A stretch of 64,000 nt of DNA from a virus: the IMG/VR virus record IMGVR_UViG_3300036985_006490, positions 98,813 through 162,812 of that record; one strand, written 5' to 3'. Under the pieces are notes generated by a model that saw nothing but the letters and a program-made list of their open reading frames with translations, did not search any database and was not told where the DNA came from. The position numbers and the translations under genes were made by a program. This document shows positions 10,500-20,671 of this stretch, piece by piece; position 1 is the first letter of the stretch; each line of letters opens with the position of its first letter.

Positions 10500-11117
10500 A
10501 TGAAAAATAAAGACAAATCAAGAATCGATTTAATAGTTGAGATTGGGAAAGAATTCCCTAACGGAAGAGGTGTTGAAGTCGGAACATTTAAAGGTGAATT
10601 TTCTAAAAAGATTATGGAAAATTGGGACGGAACATTATATATGGTTGATGTTTGGAGACCACTATCAAATGAAGAATACTTAGATTCAAGTAATCATGGT
10701 AATCATGAAAATAATATTTATGCCGAGGCAATGAATAGCATCAAAGGATTCGAAGATAGAGCGGTTATGGTTAGGGCTTCATCTGAAATTGCGTCCAGTA
10801 TTTTTGAGGATAATTCATTGGATTTTGTGTACATAGACGCGAATCATGCATATGACTATGTGGTTCAAGACATAGATTTGTGGTATCCGAAAGTTAAAAA
10901 CGGTGGTTACTTGTGTGGACACGATTATATTAATTTAAATTGGTATAATGACCCTAATTTTTGTAAAAATGGAAAAGACAAACACATTTATTCTAACTCT
11001 AATTTTTACCACGGAGTATTTGGAGTTAATCCTGCCGTCGATGAATTTTGTGAAAAAAACGGATATAATCCTCAAATCACAAATGAGTGGTTTGGAACAT
11101 GGTGGTTAAAAAAATGA
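10500..11117 (+). CDS. Class I SAM methyltransferase (Methyltransf_24-like)
   Basis: VEVGTFKG, VDVW, DFVYIDANHAY, GGYLCGHDY. Confidence 0.85.
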   Translation: MKNKDKSRIDLIVEIGKEFPNGRGVEVGTFKGEFSKKIMENWDGTLYMVDVWRPLSNEEYLDSSNHGNHENNIYAEAMNSIKGFEDRAVMVRASSEIASSIFEDNSLDFVYIDANHAYDYVVQDIDLWYPKVKNGGYLCGHDYINLNWYNDPNFCKNGKDKHIYSNSNFYHGVFGVNPAVDEFCEKNGYNPQITNEWFGTWWLKK

Positions 11118-11890
11118 AAAGTAAAAATATTATAGTAGTACAAAACGTATTTGATGACTTATCTAAAACATCACAAAGTATTGAATCGATAAGATTTGCT
11201 GCTCACAGATGGGAATGTGATTTTTATGAAATGTCATATTTCAAAAATCCTGATTCTCCTTGTATTTTATTATGGGATAGGATTTGGGCTATGGAAAATT
11301 TTAAAAATTTTGATAAAGTTTTAATTGTTGATCCAGATGTTATAATTAATGAAGAGGCTCCGAATATTTTCGATATGATGGAACCAACAACTGATTTATG
11401 TGTTGTCCATAATATAAATAGAGACAGAGTAAGTACTCCATATCTTGAAGATATATCAGTTAAGATATCAAAATTACACAACTCAATCGATATATTTCAA
11501 AGAAAAATAAATAGTTTCTCAGAAAATACTTATCTTGAAAATTATTTTAATATGGGTGTTTTTCTTTATAGGCCCAAATCACTTTTCCCTATAATACAGG
11601 AAATGAAAGAATTGATGTTTAACGATGAAGAACTAATGAAGTATCTTAGTTACAAAGAATGTGGAGATTGGTTTCCTTCTCAAAATTTTACAAGTGCATA
11701 TTTAACACACTCTAATCTTAATATAAAATTTCTATCAAAAGAATGGAATTGGTTGGCTCCTGATATACACACAGAGTGTAATGAAGAATATTTTTGGGGT
11801 AAAATGAAACCAAATATATATCATTTTACTGGAACAGATCTATCAAAAGAAAGACTAAAAACTTATACAAATTGGAAAAAAAATGGCTAA
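11087..11890 (+). CDS. GT-A glycosyltransferase (GT8-like); likely start ~11114
   Basis: DxD (VDPDVII), YFNMGVFL, WN, IYHFTG. Confidence 0.7.
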   Translation: MVWNMVVKKMKSKNIIVVQNVFDDLSKTSQSIESIRFAAHRWECDFYEMSYFKNPDSPCILLWDRIWAMENFKNFDKVLIVDPDVIINEEAPNIFDMMEPTTDLCVVHNINRDRVSTPYLEDISVKISKLHNSIDIFQRKINSFSENTYLENYFNMGVFLYRPKSLFPIIQEMKELMFNDEELMKYLSYKECGDWFPSQNFTSAYLTHSNLNIKFLSKEWNWLAPDIHTECNEEYFWGKMKPNIYHFTGTDLSKERLKTYTNWKKNG

Positions 11891-12524
11891 TGGAATTTAC
11901 AAAATAACTGAGGATTTTGAAAAATCACTCTCGGACTACACTGGGTCTCCGTATGTTGTGACTTTAGATAATATGAGTAACGGACTATTCCTTGCTTTAT
12001 ATTATGAACATAAAATTAAAGACAGAACTGAAAAGATAATTACCATTCCATCACGAACTTACCCATCAGTTCCTTGCGAAATTATTCATACGGGATTGAA
12101 AGTTGGGTTTGAACCCGTGGAAGGTAGAACTATAAAAGGAGCATACCAACTCAAAGGTTCTAACGTTTGGGATTCTGCTCTAAGATTTACCGCAGATATG
12201 TACATTCCAAATACTCACATGTGTATATCATTTACAGGCCCTTATAAACATTTCAAATTATCAAAAGGTGGAGCAATATTAACTGATGAATATGAGGCAT
12301 ACCTTTGGTTCAAAAGAGCAAGGTACAGTGGCAGAAGAGAAACTTCATACCATGATGACCATTTTGATATGCTGGGTTGGAACTTTTATATGATGCCAGA
12401 GTTAGCGGCTAGAGGAATGCTACTAATGAACCAATTTTATAATTTGGATGGAACAAAAAAGTATAACTTAGATTTAGAATTACCATATCCTGATTTATCA
12501 AAATACGAAATATATCAAAAATGA
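11883..12524 (+). CDS. Short DegT/DnrJ-family PLP-dependent sugar aminotransferase
   Basis: TYPSVPC.II..G, DSA, SFTGPYKHFKLSKGGAILTD, GWNFYM. Confidence 0.7.
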   Translation: MANGIYKITEDFEKSLSDYTGSPYVVTLDNMSNGLFLALYYEHKIKDRTEKIITIPSRTYPSVPCEIIHTGLKVGFEPVEGRTIKGAYQLKGSNVWDSALRFTADMYIPNTHMCISFTGPYKHFKLSKGGAILTDEYEAYLWFKRARYSGRRETSYHDDHFDMLGWNFYMMPELAARGMLLMNQFYNLDGTKKYNLDLELPYPDLSKYEIYQK

Positions 12525-13093
12525 AAAAAGCATTGATTGGATTCGGAGGTCATGCACGGGAAGTGATGGCACAGATGGGTAAAAATTTAGTTTGTTTTGT
12601 AGATGATGAATTTGTAGTAGAAGGAACAAAACCAATTTCGGAATTTAATCCCAAAAAATATAAGGTGATGATAGCAATTGCGAACCCTCAAATTAGGAAA
12701 CAAATATTATCAAAATTACCAAAAAATACAAAGTTTTTCAGTTGGATTCACCCAACGTCTTTAATACTTAATAATGTTAAAATTGGAGAGGGAAGTTTCG
12801 TTGGAGCTTACTCCATAATTACTACTAATATAAAAATTGGGAATCACTGTATCCTAAACAGAATGAATCAAATTGGACATGATTGTGTAATTGGTGATTT
12901 TTTCAGTGCTATGCCAGGTTCAATTGTTTCCGGAAATGTCAATATACAAGATTCCGTATATCTCGGGAATAATTCATGTATTAAAGAAAATATTACAATA
13001 CACAATGACACTACAATTGGTATGAACGCTTCGGTAGTCAAAAATATAATTGAGTCTGGAATCTATGTGGGAGTACCATCAAAAAAAATATAA
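12521..13093 (+). CDS. NeuD/PglD-like sugar acetyltransferase (hexapeptide repeats)
   Basis: GFGGHAREV, IHPTS, IGHDC.IG, YVGVP. Confidence 0.9.
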   Translation: MKKALIGFGGHAREVMAQMGKNLVCFVDDEFVVEGTKPISEFNPKKYKVMIAIANPQIRKQILSKLPKNTKFFSWIHPTSLILNNVKIGEGSFVGAYSIITTNIKIGNHCILNRMNQIGHDCVIGDFFSAMPGSIVSGNVNIQDSVYLGNNSCIKENITIHNDTTIGMNASVVKNIIESGIYVGVPSKKI

Positions 13094-13111
13094 ATAACAT
13101 AACGCGTATAC

Positions 13112-16100
13112 ATGAGATCATTTATTACTCACACAACCGAAAATTACGAACATATAACATTAAACTTAGTTAAGAGTATCAACAAATATTCTGATTATAA
13201 AATTATTGTTTACACAATAGATTATGATGGTTCCGATAATCTACAAAAAGAAACTACATGTATAAGATTAGATTTGAACCTTCCGAGTTTGGATGATTCA
13301 AGTTTTATTTTAGACACAAATGGTAATTCATATGTTAATAGACCAAAAATTAGAACTTACTTAACTTTAGGTGCTAAAATTGACGCAATGTTACATGCCA
13401 CATCCATTATTGATGAATGGGTTTACATTGACTCAGATAGTATTGTAAATAAGAATGTTGATGAGTTATTCGATCACTGTAATAAAATTACAGAGTTCCC
13501 ATTAGCAACTTTAGGACCTTATGAATATGTTTTAATAACTACCCCTGATGGAAAATTATTAGGAAATCCATATTGGAAAGAAAACAATACAGTCGATAAT
13601 GAAAATACTTTAGAATGGCCCTTAATGAAATTTATGGGTATAAATCCGAATCAAAGAAGTCATTATCGAACGACAAATATTTTAGTTGGAAACTCTAAAA
13701 CAAAAGATTTTTTGAAAATATGGAAAGAAACTAAAGACATTTTACCAAAATTAGTTTCATTAGAAACTATCGCCCCTTACCATGAAGAAACATTATACAA
13801 CGTATTAATTTGGAAAATTAATCCAAATCATGAAGGCTTGCCTATTTCATATATAAATGTTAATAGTGCCGACAGATTAAACCATTTTTTCAAATTTGTG
13901 CCAATAAAAAAAACAACAATTGACCACTTTTATGTCATACCTGAAAACAAAAATGATATTAAGGTTTTTCACGGAGAAAAACGTCAATCAGAGATTGATA
14001 AAATGTTTGAAATAATTGATAATTCCAAAAATACTAAAGTTTTATTTTTAGCCCCTCACCTATCAACAGGTGGAATGCCATCTTACTTATTAAAACGAAT
14101 AGAAAGTCTCATTCAATATACATCAGATGTTGAAATATTTGTTGCAGAGTTTTGTGAATATTCAAATTTATATACAGTTCAAAGAAACAGAATTAAAGAA
14201 TTGATACCAGAACAAAGATTTTGGACTATTAATACTCTATCAAACCATACTGTTGAAAATTCAATGAAAGTTATAGACATTATTAAAAGTAATTCTATTG
14301 ATATTGTACACGTTGACGAAATGATTGAAGGTTTTGATTCATTTAATAAAGTACCAAATGAGTTAAAAAATGCCCTCTACAACAATGATAGAACTTGGAG
14401 AGTTGTAGAAACCTGTCATAATATTTGGTTCGACCCAAACACGTTAAAACAATTTCATCCTGATGCATATGCTTTATGTACCCCATACCACTTGGAGAAC
14501 ACATTCAAAGAAATGCCATCCCACAAAGAGGTTTTCGAGTTCCCAATTGAAAACAATTTCAGGTCTCGTGAGGAACAAATCAAATCTCAAGAAATACTGG
14601 GATTAGATAGTACAAAAATTCACATAATCAATGTTGGTTTATGGACCTCAGGTAAAAATCAAGGTGAGGGGATTGAAATTGCAAGACATTTTCAAGATAG
14701 AAACGTTGAATTTCATTTCGTAGGAAATCAAGCTTCAAACTTTGAAAGTTATTGGGGCCCTTTGATGTTAAACTTACCATCCAACGTTCGCGTTTGGGGA
14801 GAAAGGAATGACGTAGAAACCTTTATGAAAGCGTCCGACATTTTAATGTTTAATTCGACTTGGGAATGTAATCCATTGGTGATACGTGAAGCAGCATCAC
14901 TGGGTCTAAAGATTATTACCAGAGATTTACCACAATATGTTGGAATGTTTAAGGGACTAATTACACCTCTTTCTGATGAAATTTCCAACAATGTTGGTTT
15001 GTTACGTAAATTAATTTCTTCAACACGTGATTACCAAATACTGAATGGCATGACAGAAGAATTCACAGAAAAACATTATAATCTATATAAATTCTTGTTA
15101 ACACAAGAACCAATAAAAAACTTAAAAAATAATTCTAAAGTACATGTTAAACAATTTTTTGTAAACGAACCGTTTTTAGAAATTACAGGTGAAAGTGATA
15201 GTGAATATGATATTAAGTTTTTTGACGAATCAGGAATTTGCCATTACGATAATAAAATTAAATCAAACCATTGGATTAAATTAAATCGAAAATATTTTAC
15301 CAAATGGAATACCAAAATTTTAGAAGATGGTGTTTTGATATATGACAAAACTCTTGATTATAAAGGTAAACGAGTTTTCATAAACTTTGATAGTCGTTCT
15401 TTGGGAGATACTATATCATGGATACCTTATGTTCTTGAATTCAAGAATGTTCATCAATGTGATGTGATTGTATCAACCCATTTGAATCATCTTTTCCGTG
15501 ATGTATATTCAGAATTAGAATTCGTGGAACCAGGAAATGTTATTCATAATATTCACGGACAATATAATATTGGTTGGTTTTATGATGTAAATAAAGAACC
15601 AGTCTTGCCAAACACAATTCCGTTACAACAAGCCGCAACAAATATTTTAGGATTACCATATACTGAAATAAAACCAAGAATTTCATATAAAATTTATGAC
15701 AGACCTTATAAAGAAAAGTATATAACAATTGCAACCAACTCGACCGCAGGATGTAAGTTTTGGACAAAAGAGGGATGGCAAGAACTTATTAATCATATTA
15801 GCTCTTTAGGTTACAAAGTTGTTAATGTGTCCAAAGAAAATAACCCATTCAATAATTGTGAAAAATTAAAAAACACTGAAATGGATTACACAATGAATGT
15901 CATTCATCACAGTGAATTCTTTGTAGGATTGTCAAGTGGATTGTCTTGGTTATCTTGGGCAATGGGGAAACACGTTGTAATGATTAGTAACTTTACAGAA
16001 TCAAATCACGAATTTACTTCCAATTGTACAAGAATTACAAACCCAAATGTTTGTAATGGATGCTGGAACAGTCCTATTCATAGATTCGATAAAGGGGATT

Positions 16101-16204
16101 GGAATTGGTGTCCTGTTCATAAAGGCACTTCTCAACAATTTGAATGTCATACATCAATAACATCAGAAATGGTAATAAATAAAATACAAACCTTATTAAA
16201 ATGA
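13112..16204 (+). CDS. Three-domain glycosyltransferase: GT-A (DxD) + GT4-like + Aah/TibC-like protein O-heptosyltransferase
   Basis: YIDSD; APHLSTGGMP...STWECNPLVIREA; SRSLGDTISWIPY...FFVGLSSGLSWLSWA...ISNFT...CNGCWN...WCP...FEC. Confidence 0.75.
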   Translation: MRSFITHTTENYEHITLNLVKSINKYSDYKIIVYTIDYDGSDNLQKETTCIRLDLNLPSLDDSSFILDTNGNSYVNRPKIRTYLTLGAKIDAMLHATSIIDEWVYIDSDSIVNKNVDELFDHCNKITEFPLATLGPYEYVLITTPDGKLLGNPYWKENNTVDNENTLEWPLMKFMGINPNQRSHYRTTNILVGNSKTKDFLKIWKETKDILPKLVSLETIAPYHEETLYNVLIWKINPNHEGLPISYINVNSADRLNHFFKFVPIKKTTIDHFYVIPENKNDIKVFHGEKRQSEIDKMFEIIDNSKNTKVLFLAPHLSTGGMPSYLLKRIESLIQYTSDVEIFVAEFCEYSNLYTVQRNRIKELIPEQRFWTINTLSNHTVENSMKVIDIIKSNSIDIVHVDEMIEGFDSFNKVPNELKNALYNNDRTWRVVETCHNIWFDPNTLKQFHPDAYALCTPYHLENTFKEMPSHKEVFEFPIENNFRSREEQIKSQEILGLDSTKIHIINVGLWTSGKNQGEGIEIARHFQDRNVEFHFVGNQASNFESYWGPLMLNLPSNVRVWGERNDVETFMKASDILMFNSTWECNPLVIREAASLGLKIITRDLPQYVGMFKGLITPLSDEISNNVGLLRKLISSTRDYQILNGMTEEFTEKHYNLYKFLLTQEPIKNLKNNSKVHVKQFFVNEPFLEITGESDSEYDIKFFDESGICHYDNKIKSNHWIKLNRKYFTKWNTKILEDGVLIYDKTLDYKGKRVFINFDSRSLGDTISWIPYVLEFKNVHQCDVIVSTHLNHLFRDVYSELEFVEPGNVIHNIHGQYNIGWFYDVNKEPVLPNTIPLQQAATNILGLPYTEIKPRISYKIYDRPYKEKYITIATNSTAGCKFWTKEGWQELINHISSLGYKVVNVSKENNPFNNCEKLKNTEMDYTMNVIHHSEFFVGLSSGLSWLSWAMGKHVVMISNFTESNHEFTSNCTRITNPNVCNGCWNSPIHRFDKGDWNWCPVHKGTSQQFECHTSITSEMVINKIQTLLK

Positions 16205-16884
16205 ACTTAGACCAATTTGTTTGGGAACCAAAATGTTATGATGGATTCCGAGAAACCGTAGAAAAAGAAATATTTGTTGATAAAATATATGAAAGACACG
16301 TTCAGGTAGAAGAAGGTGATGTGGTTTTCGACATCGGGGCAAGTTTGGGTCCATTTACCTTTTCAATCTTAGATAAAAATCCCTCACAAGTTTTTGTATT
16401 CGAACCAAGTTACGAGGAATTCAAAACATTAGTCCTAAACACAAGACACGGAAATGTTACTCATATAAACAAGGGTATTGGTAATACTGTGGGTGAGTTT
16501 GATTTTACAGGTGTATTTGACGTATCAGGCGACCATAAGTTATATTCCACAACTTTTAGTAAGATAATAAATGATTACAACATTCAAAAAATTGATTTCT
16601 TGAAAACTGATTGTGAAGGTGGTGAATATGATATTTTTACTTTGGAAAATTTGTTTTGGATAAAAAACAATGTTCGAAAGATTTCAGGAGAATGGCATTT
16701 AAGAACTCCTGAATTGAAAGAAAAATTTAGAATATTCAGAGACGTTTATTTAAGAGTCTTCACAGATTTCAGAGTTTTTTCTTTTGATGGTATTGACATT
16801 ACTTGGTCTATTTGGAATGATGATTTCATTCCATATTACAAAGAAGTTATGATATACATTGATAATAGAGATACGTTTAAATAA
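16201..16884 (+). CDS. FkbM-family methyltransferase
   Basis: VFDIGASLG, FEP, IDFLKTDCEGGEY, EWH. Confidence 0.85.
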   Translation: MNLDQFVWEPKCYDGFRETVEKEIFVDKIYERHVQVEEGDVVFDIGASLGPFTFSILDKNPSQVFVFEPSYEEFKTLVLNTRHGNVTHINKGIGNTVGEFDFTGVFDVSGDHKLYSTTFSKIINDYNIQKIDFLKTDCEGGEYDIFTLENLFWIKNNVRKISGEWHLRTPELKEKFRIFRDVYLRVFTDFRVFSFDGIDITWSIWNDDFIPYYKEVMIYIDNRDTFK

Positions 16885-17722
16885 TTTTTTTGTAATTGAT
16901 TTTTAAGTCTTCCTCATTTAACATCGAGGGAATATAATTACTGAATTTTTGTGAAATATGATTTATTAGGTTTTTTGCATATCTTCTATTGTGATTTGGT
17001 CCAGGATGCGCTCCATCCGATCCAAAGTCACTGAAACTACTGTAATCCCCGTCAAACCTGTTAAATTCTTGGTAATCTTTGGGAATGTTCAACCATCCAT
17101 TCCATATCCAATTACATTTCTTCGTCTCCAAAAAATACTTTATCAGAAGATGATTTTTATACCAATTCATAAAATCTTCATAATCATTTTGTATTGCAGT
17201 TAAATTATTTTGTAATTCCCGACCGTCTTCAGTCTCCTCAGTATATCCCCATTGTGAAGTTATCATGAATGGCTCTAAACCTCCGTCTTTGGTATAGAGT
17301 TCCCTTCTATGAGGTTGAGTATACATAATTAAAACTAAGTCAGGTTTTATAAAATCATAATAAGTTATTAGGCACCTTGCGATAAAATCATTACTTCGTC
17401 CTCCCACACCAAAGTTATGGTCAACTCCATTTTTAATTAATTTAGAAAATTGTGCAGGCCATGTTTCATCATTATTAACTCCAACACCTTCAGTATTAGA
17501 GTCCCCAATAGACATTATCTTAAACCCATCTTTATGTATTGAATCTCCTCTGAACCCTAATTCATTATAAGTATATGTACATAACCGGGTTTTATCTGAA
17601 CCTGATGTGTGATATGACTGATTAACCTTTTCAGATAAATTCCATTTGTAACTTGATATTTCAAATCCTTTTGGAGTCCAATATTTAATATTATCAACCG
17701 ACTTAAAAAATATTTCATCCAT
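16877..17722 (-). CDS. SGNH/GDSL-like hydrolase or acyltransferase
   Basis: YNELGFR, GDSNTEGVG, WP, NFGVGG.S, DGAHPG. Confidence 0.7.
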   Translation of the reverse strand: MDEIFFKSVDNIKYWTPKGFEISSYKWNLSEKVNQSYHTSGSDKTRLCTYTYNELGFRGDSIHKDGFKIMSIGDSNTEGVGVNNDETWPAQFSKLIKNGVDHNFGVGGRSNDFIARCLITYYDFIKPDLVLIMYTQPHRRELYTKDGGLEPFMITSQWGYTEETEDGRELQNNLTAIQNDYEDFMNWYKNHLLIKYFLETKKCNWIWNGWLNIPKDYQEFNRFDGDYSSFSDFGSDGAHPGPNHNRRYAKNLINHISQKFSNYIPSMLNEEDLKINYKKII

Positions 17723-18798
17723 TATATTAGATTTTGTTTTTTTGAAATAAATTCTTGTAAATTATGCCAACATTGCTCCGAAGGAATAAATGAATTAACT
17801 TCCCGAACAAAGTCATCATAATCGGGGTGTGAAACATCCCAAACTTTTTCTGTTTCAAACTCTTCATGAGTAAATGTTCCCCAGTTATTAATTTTTCCAT
17901 AAAAAACATTAACTTTTTTTCCAAAAATTGACAACATTAAATCATAAAACATTTTCATTTCTTTATAATTTTTTTGTTGTACTACAAAAGAAGTTTTAAT
18001 ATTCTTCAAACCCCTTATAGTGTTAATGAATTTTAGATTTTCAATTAATTCATCCCAATTCCCACCAACTCTCACTTTATTTTCATATGTATCTTTAATT
18101 GCGGCATCGATACTAATTTCACATGTTTTCACATATTTGTGAACTTTGGTCATTGATTCCCACATTTTTCTATCCCATCTTGTAGCATTGGTATGAAGAT
18201 GTATATGGGTTAAACTTGGCCATTTGTTCGAATCAAAGTTTCTGAGAAAATCTCTAAACCCAACAGAAAGGAAAGGATCCCCAGTTCCAGTAATGTATAG
18301 TCTTTTTGTTGTTTGTCCATATTGTGATTCAATCTCATCGATAGTTTTTTTCACTCTTTCAATTCCCTTGGAATTTTCTACTATCAAGTTTATACGACAG
18401 GATGGGCATTTGAGATTACAAGTTCTGTCGAATGAAAATTGTATTGTGGATGGTGGAGTCACAATTCCCTTTTTGAATGAATCTATCTTTGATTCCAAGT
18501 CCTTTGGTAGTCTATTTTTGTGATATAATACACTTGTGTTTCCAATTTCACCAAAATTTTCAAGTTGATGTAAAAAGGGACATTGAGATTTATCACAGTG
18601 TCTAAAAGAACCATCTATTACAGATTCTCGTATTTCGTTTGCTTCAGATGACTCCCAAGCATCTTTTGGAGATGTATGTTGTGGTAAATGTTTTTTCAAC
18701 CAAGATGCACAACACAAAAATCTATCCTTTTCATGAATTTCAAGAGCGGCAAAAGGTACTCCACAAACATAATCTTTTAAATCTATCTCAGTATTCAT
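17722..18798 (-). CDS. Radical SAM protein with N-terminal SPASM/twitch-like Cys cluster
   Basis: CNLKCPSC, TGTGDPF, TN, ISID; N-terminal C..CC..C...CP. Confidence 0.85.
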   Translation of the reverse strand: MNTEIDLKDYVCGVPFAALEIHEKDRFLCCASWLKKHLPQHTSPKDAWESSEANEIRESVIDGSFRHCDKSQCPFLHQLENFGEIGNTSVLYHKNRLPKDLESKIDSFKKGIVTPPSTIQFSFDRTCNLKCPSCRINLIVENSKGIERVKKTIDEIESQYGQTTKRLYITGTGDPFLSVGFRDFLRNFDSNKWPSLTHIHLHTNATRWDRKMWESMTKVHKYVKTCEISIDAAIKDTYENKVRVGGNWDELIENLKFINTIRGLKNIKTSFVVQQKNYKEMKMFYDLMLSIFGKKVNVFYGKINNWGTFTHEEFETEKVWDVSHPDYDDFVREVNSFIPSEQCWHNLQEFISKKQNLI

Positions 18799-18837
18799 TT
18801 ATCTAAAATTATAAGACAATTTTTAGTTTTATCACCA

Positions 18838-19662
18838 TTATATGGAAGATTTGATTTTTTCTAAATGATTGAAAATTGGATAACCATCCCAAGTAGATTC
18901 GAACGTATTCGGCTTTGTCTTTGATATTAGATTTGGTTCATTCAATTCAATCCAATTGAATATTTGGTTTGAGATATATTCATAACCTAACTCATTTGGA
19001 TGTTCACATATCAGTGATTTCATATTCGGATTATTAATGAAATTAGGAAAAATAGACTTTGTAAACTTCATTAAGTTTTTTGTGTTATGTAATTTTTCAA
19101 AAAGTACGTTGTGATTGTAATCTACTGGTATGTAAAAAAATTTGTATTTTTTCGTTTGACAATGTTCTTCCATTATTTTTAGGTAAAAAATTTGTTCTAA
19201 AAATGGGTCTAAATCTATGTTATCAATAAATTTGATGTATTCCCTTCCAATATCATAACTGTGAACATTGTAAATATTTTTTTCCATACTCGGATTTATG
19301 TTCAGTACTGAACACTCCCTATAAAAAGAAAACCTGCTTGGAATTGGTAATAACCAAATTAATAAAACATCGAATTCTTCTGATAAGTTTTTATCATAAT
19401 ATTTTTCGAACCACACTTTCAGATTTCCCGAAGTCGATGATCCACCAAATCCTAAATTTATTAGACAATCATAATTTATTTGTTTTTGAAGATTTGTCGG
19501 CCAAGAATATTTATGAAATCTTTCTTTACTTGGAAAATAAACTTCTTCAGTATTTTTATACTTGATTTTATTCTCAACTTTGTATGAAACTACCTCAGGG
19601 GCATAACAACCAACACCTTCGGTAAATGAACATCCAATTGTTATTAAAAGTTTTTTTTTCAT
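18838..19662 (-). CDS. SGNH-like protein
   Basis: IGCSFTEGVG, SWP, NLGFGGSS, HPNELGY. Confidence 0.65.
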   Translation of the reverse strand: MKKKLLITIGCSFTEGVGCYAPEVVSYKVENKIKYKNTEEVYFPSKERFHKYSWPTNLQKQINYDCLINLGFGGSSTSGNLKVWFEKYYDKNLSEEFDVLLIWLLPIPSRFSFYRECSVLNINPSMEKNIYNVHSYDIGREYIKFIDNIDLDPFLEQIFYLKIMEEHCQTKKYKFFYIPVDYNHNVLFEKLHNTKNLMKFTKSIFPNFINNPNMKSLICEHPNELGYEYISNQIFNWIELNEPNLISKTKPNTFESTWDGYPIFNHLEKIKSSI

Positions 19663-19679
19663 ACTAAATCATAACTTTA

Positions 19680-20174
19680 TTAGATGAGTTTGTTATTTTC
19701 TTTTGAAACAACATCTTCATGATTAATAAACATAATAACACTCCTACGAGTTCCCTTGGTGATTTTTTTCACCTCATGGTCATACTTGGATTCGAATACA
19801 TACGGTACTCCAATTTCTTTTTCAATAAAATAATATGGGTCATAAACAATATAGTCTCCACCCTCATAATTATCATTCAAATGAAATCCTGTAACCAAGT
19901 ATCTATTTTTACCATAAACATAATTATTATCAGTATGGCGTAGAAAATAGTCATTTTCTTTATACCTCATAATCACAAATTTTTGGTCATAAGAATTTAA
20001 ACTCAAATTTAATTTTGATTCGACCCATTTCAATAATTTTATTTTAACAGGAATTACTAAGTCAGATTCAATTATTTTAGCGTCATAACTCCTATCCCGT
20101 TTGACAAAATATTCTAAATCATGATAAAGCGTTTCTATCGATTCGATTTCATCTTGAGTAATTAATTTCATCAT
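19680..20174 (-). CDS. 2OG-Fe(II) oxygenase (prolyl-hydroxylase-like)
   Basis: HTD, LNDNYEGG, HEV...G.R. Confidence 0.8.
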   Translation of the reverse strand: MMKLITQDEIESIETLYHDLEYFVKRDRSYDAKIIESDLVIPVKIKLLKWVESKLNLSLNSYDQKFVIMRYKENDYFLRHTDNNYVYGKNRYLVTGFHLNDNYEGGDYIVYDPYYFIEKEIGVPYVFESKYDHEVKKITKGTRRSVIMFINHEDVVSKENNKLI

Positions 20175-20182
20175 TATACCGA

Positions 20183-20671
20183 TTATATTAAACTATTTTT
20201 TTTTATTGAAAGTGGATTATTATGCATAAACCCAACTAAGGTATATCTGTCTCCAATACAATCATTTACTTTATGTTGTTCATCACCAGAAAAATAAATC
20301 ATATCTCCCGTTTTAGGTTTGTATTCTTTGCAACCAAAAATTACTTCACCTCCAATAAAATCCTCATTTAAAAAAATTATAAATGACCATGGGTTAACAT
20401 GTCCATGAAATGTCTCTATCTGTTTAATAGTTTCATTAACCATTTGAACTCGAATTTTTTTGAAAAAAAAATTTGAAAATTTTTGTATAGTTAAATCTCT
20501 ATTTATTAAATCTATATAGTAAAATTTATATACATTATCTCCATAATAATTCATTTTTTCATTATTAAACATATCAATGAAATATAAAACTTCTTTTTCT
20601 TCCAAGAATGATTTCACATATTTTATCATAAGTTTATGTCTAAAATGGTTTATTAACGCAAATTTGACCAA
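20183..20671 (-). CDS. 2OG-Fe(II) oxygenase-like protein (likely start at MIKYV)
   Basis: FLNEDFIGG, HKV...GDR; HxD motif atypical. Confidence 0.7.
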   Translation of the reverse strand: MVKFALINHFRHKLMIKYVKSFLEEKEVLYFIDMFNNEKMNYYGDNVYKFYYIDLINRDLTIQKFSNFFFKKIRVQMVNETIKQIETFHGHVNPWSFIIFLNEDFIGGEVIFGCKEYKPKTGDMIYFSGDEQHKVNDCIGDRYTLVGFMHNNPLSIKKNSLI

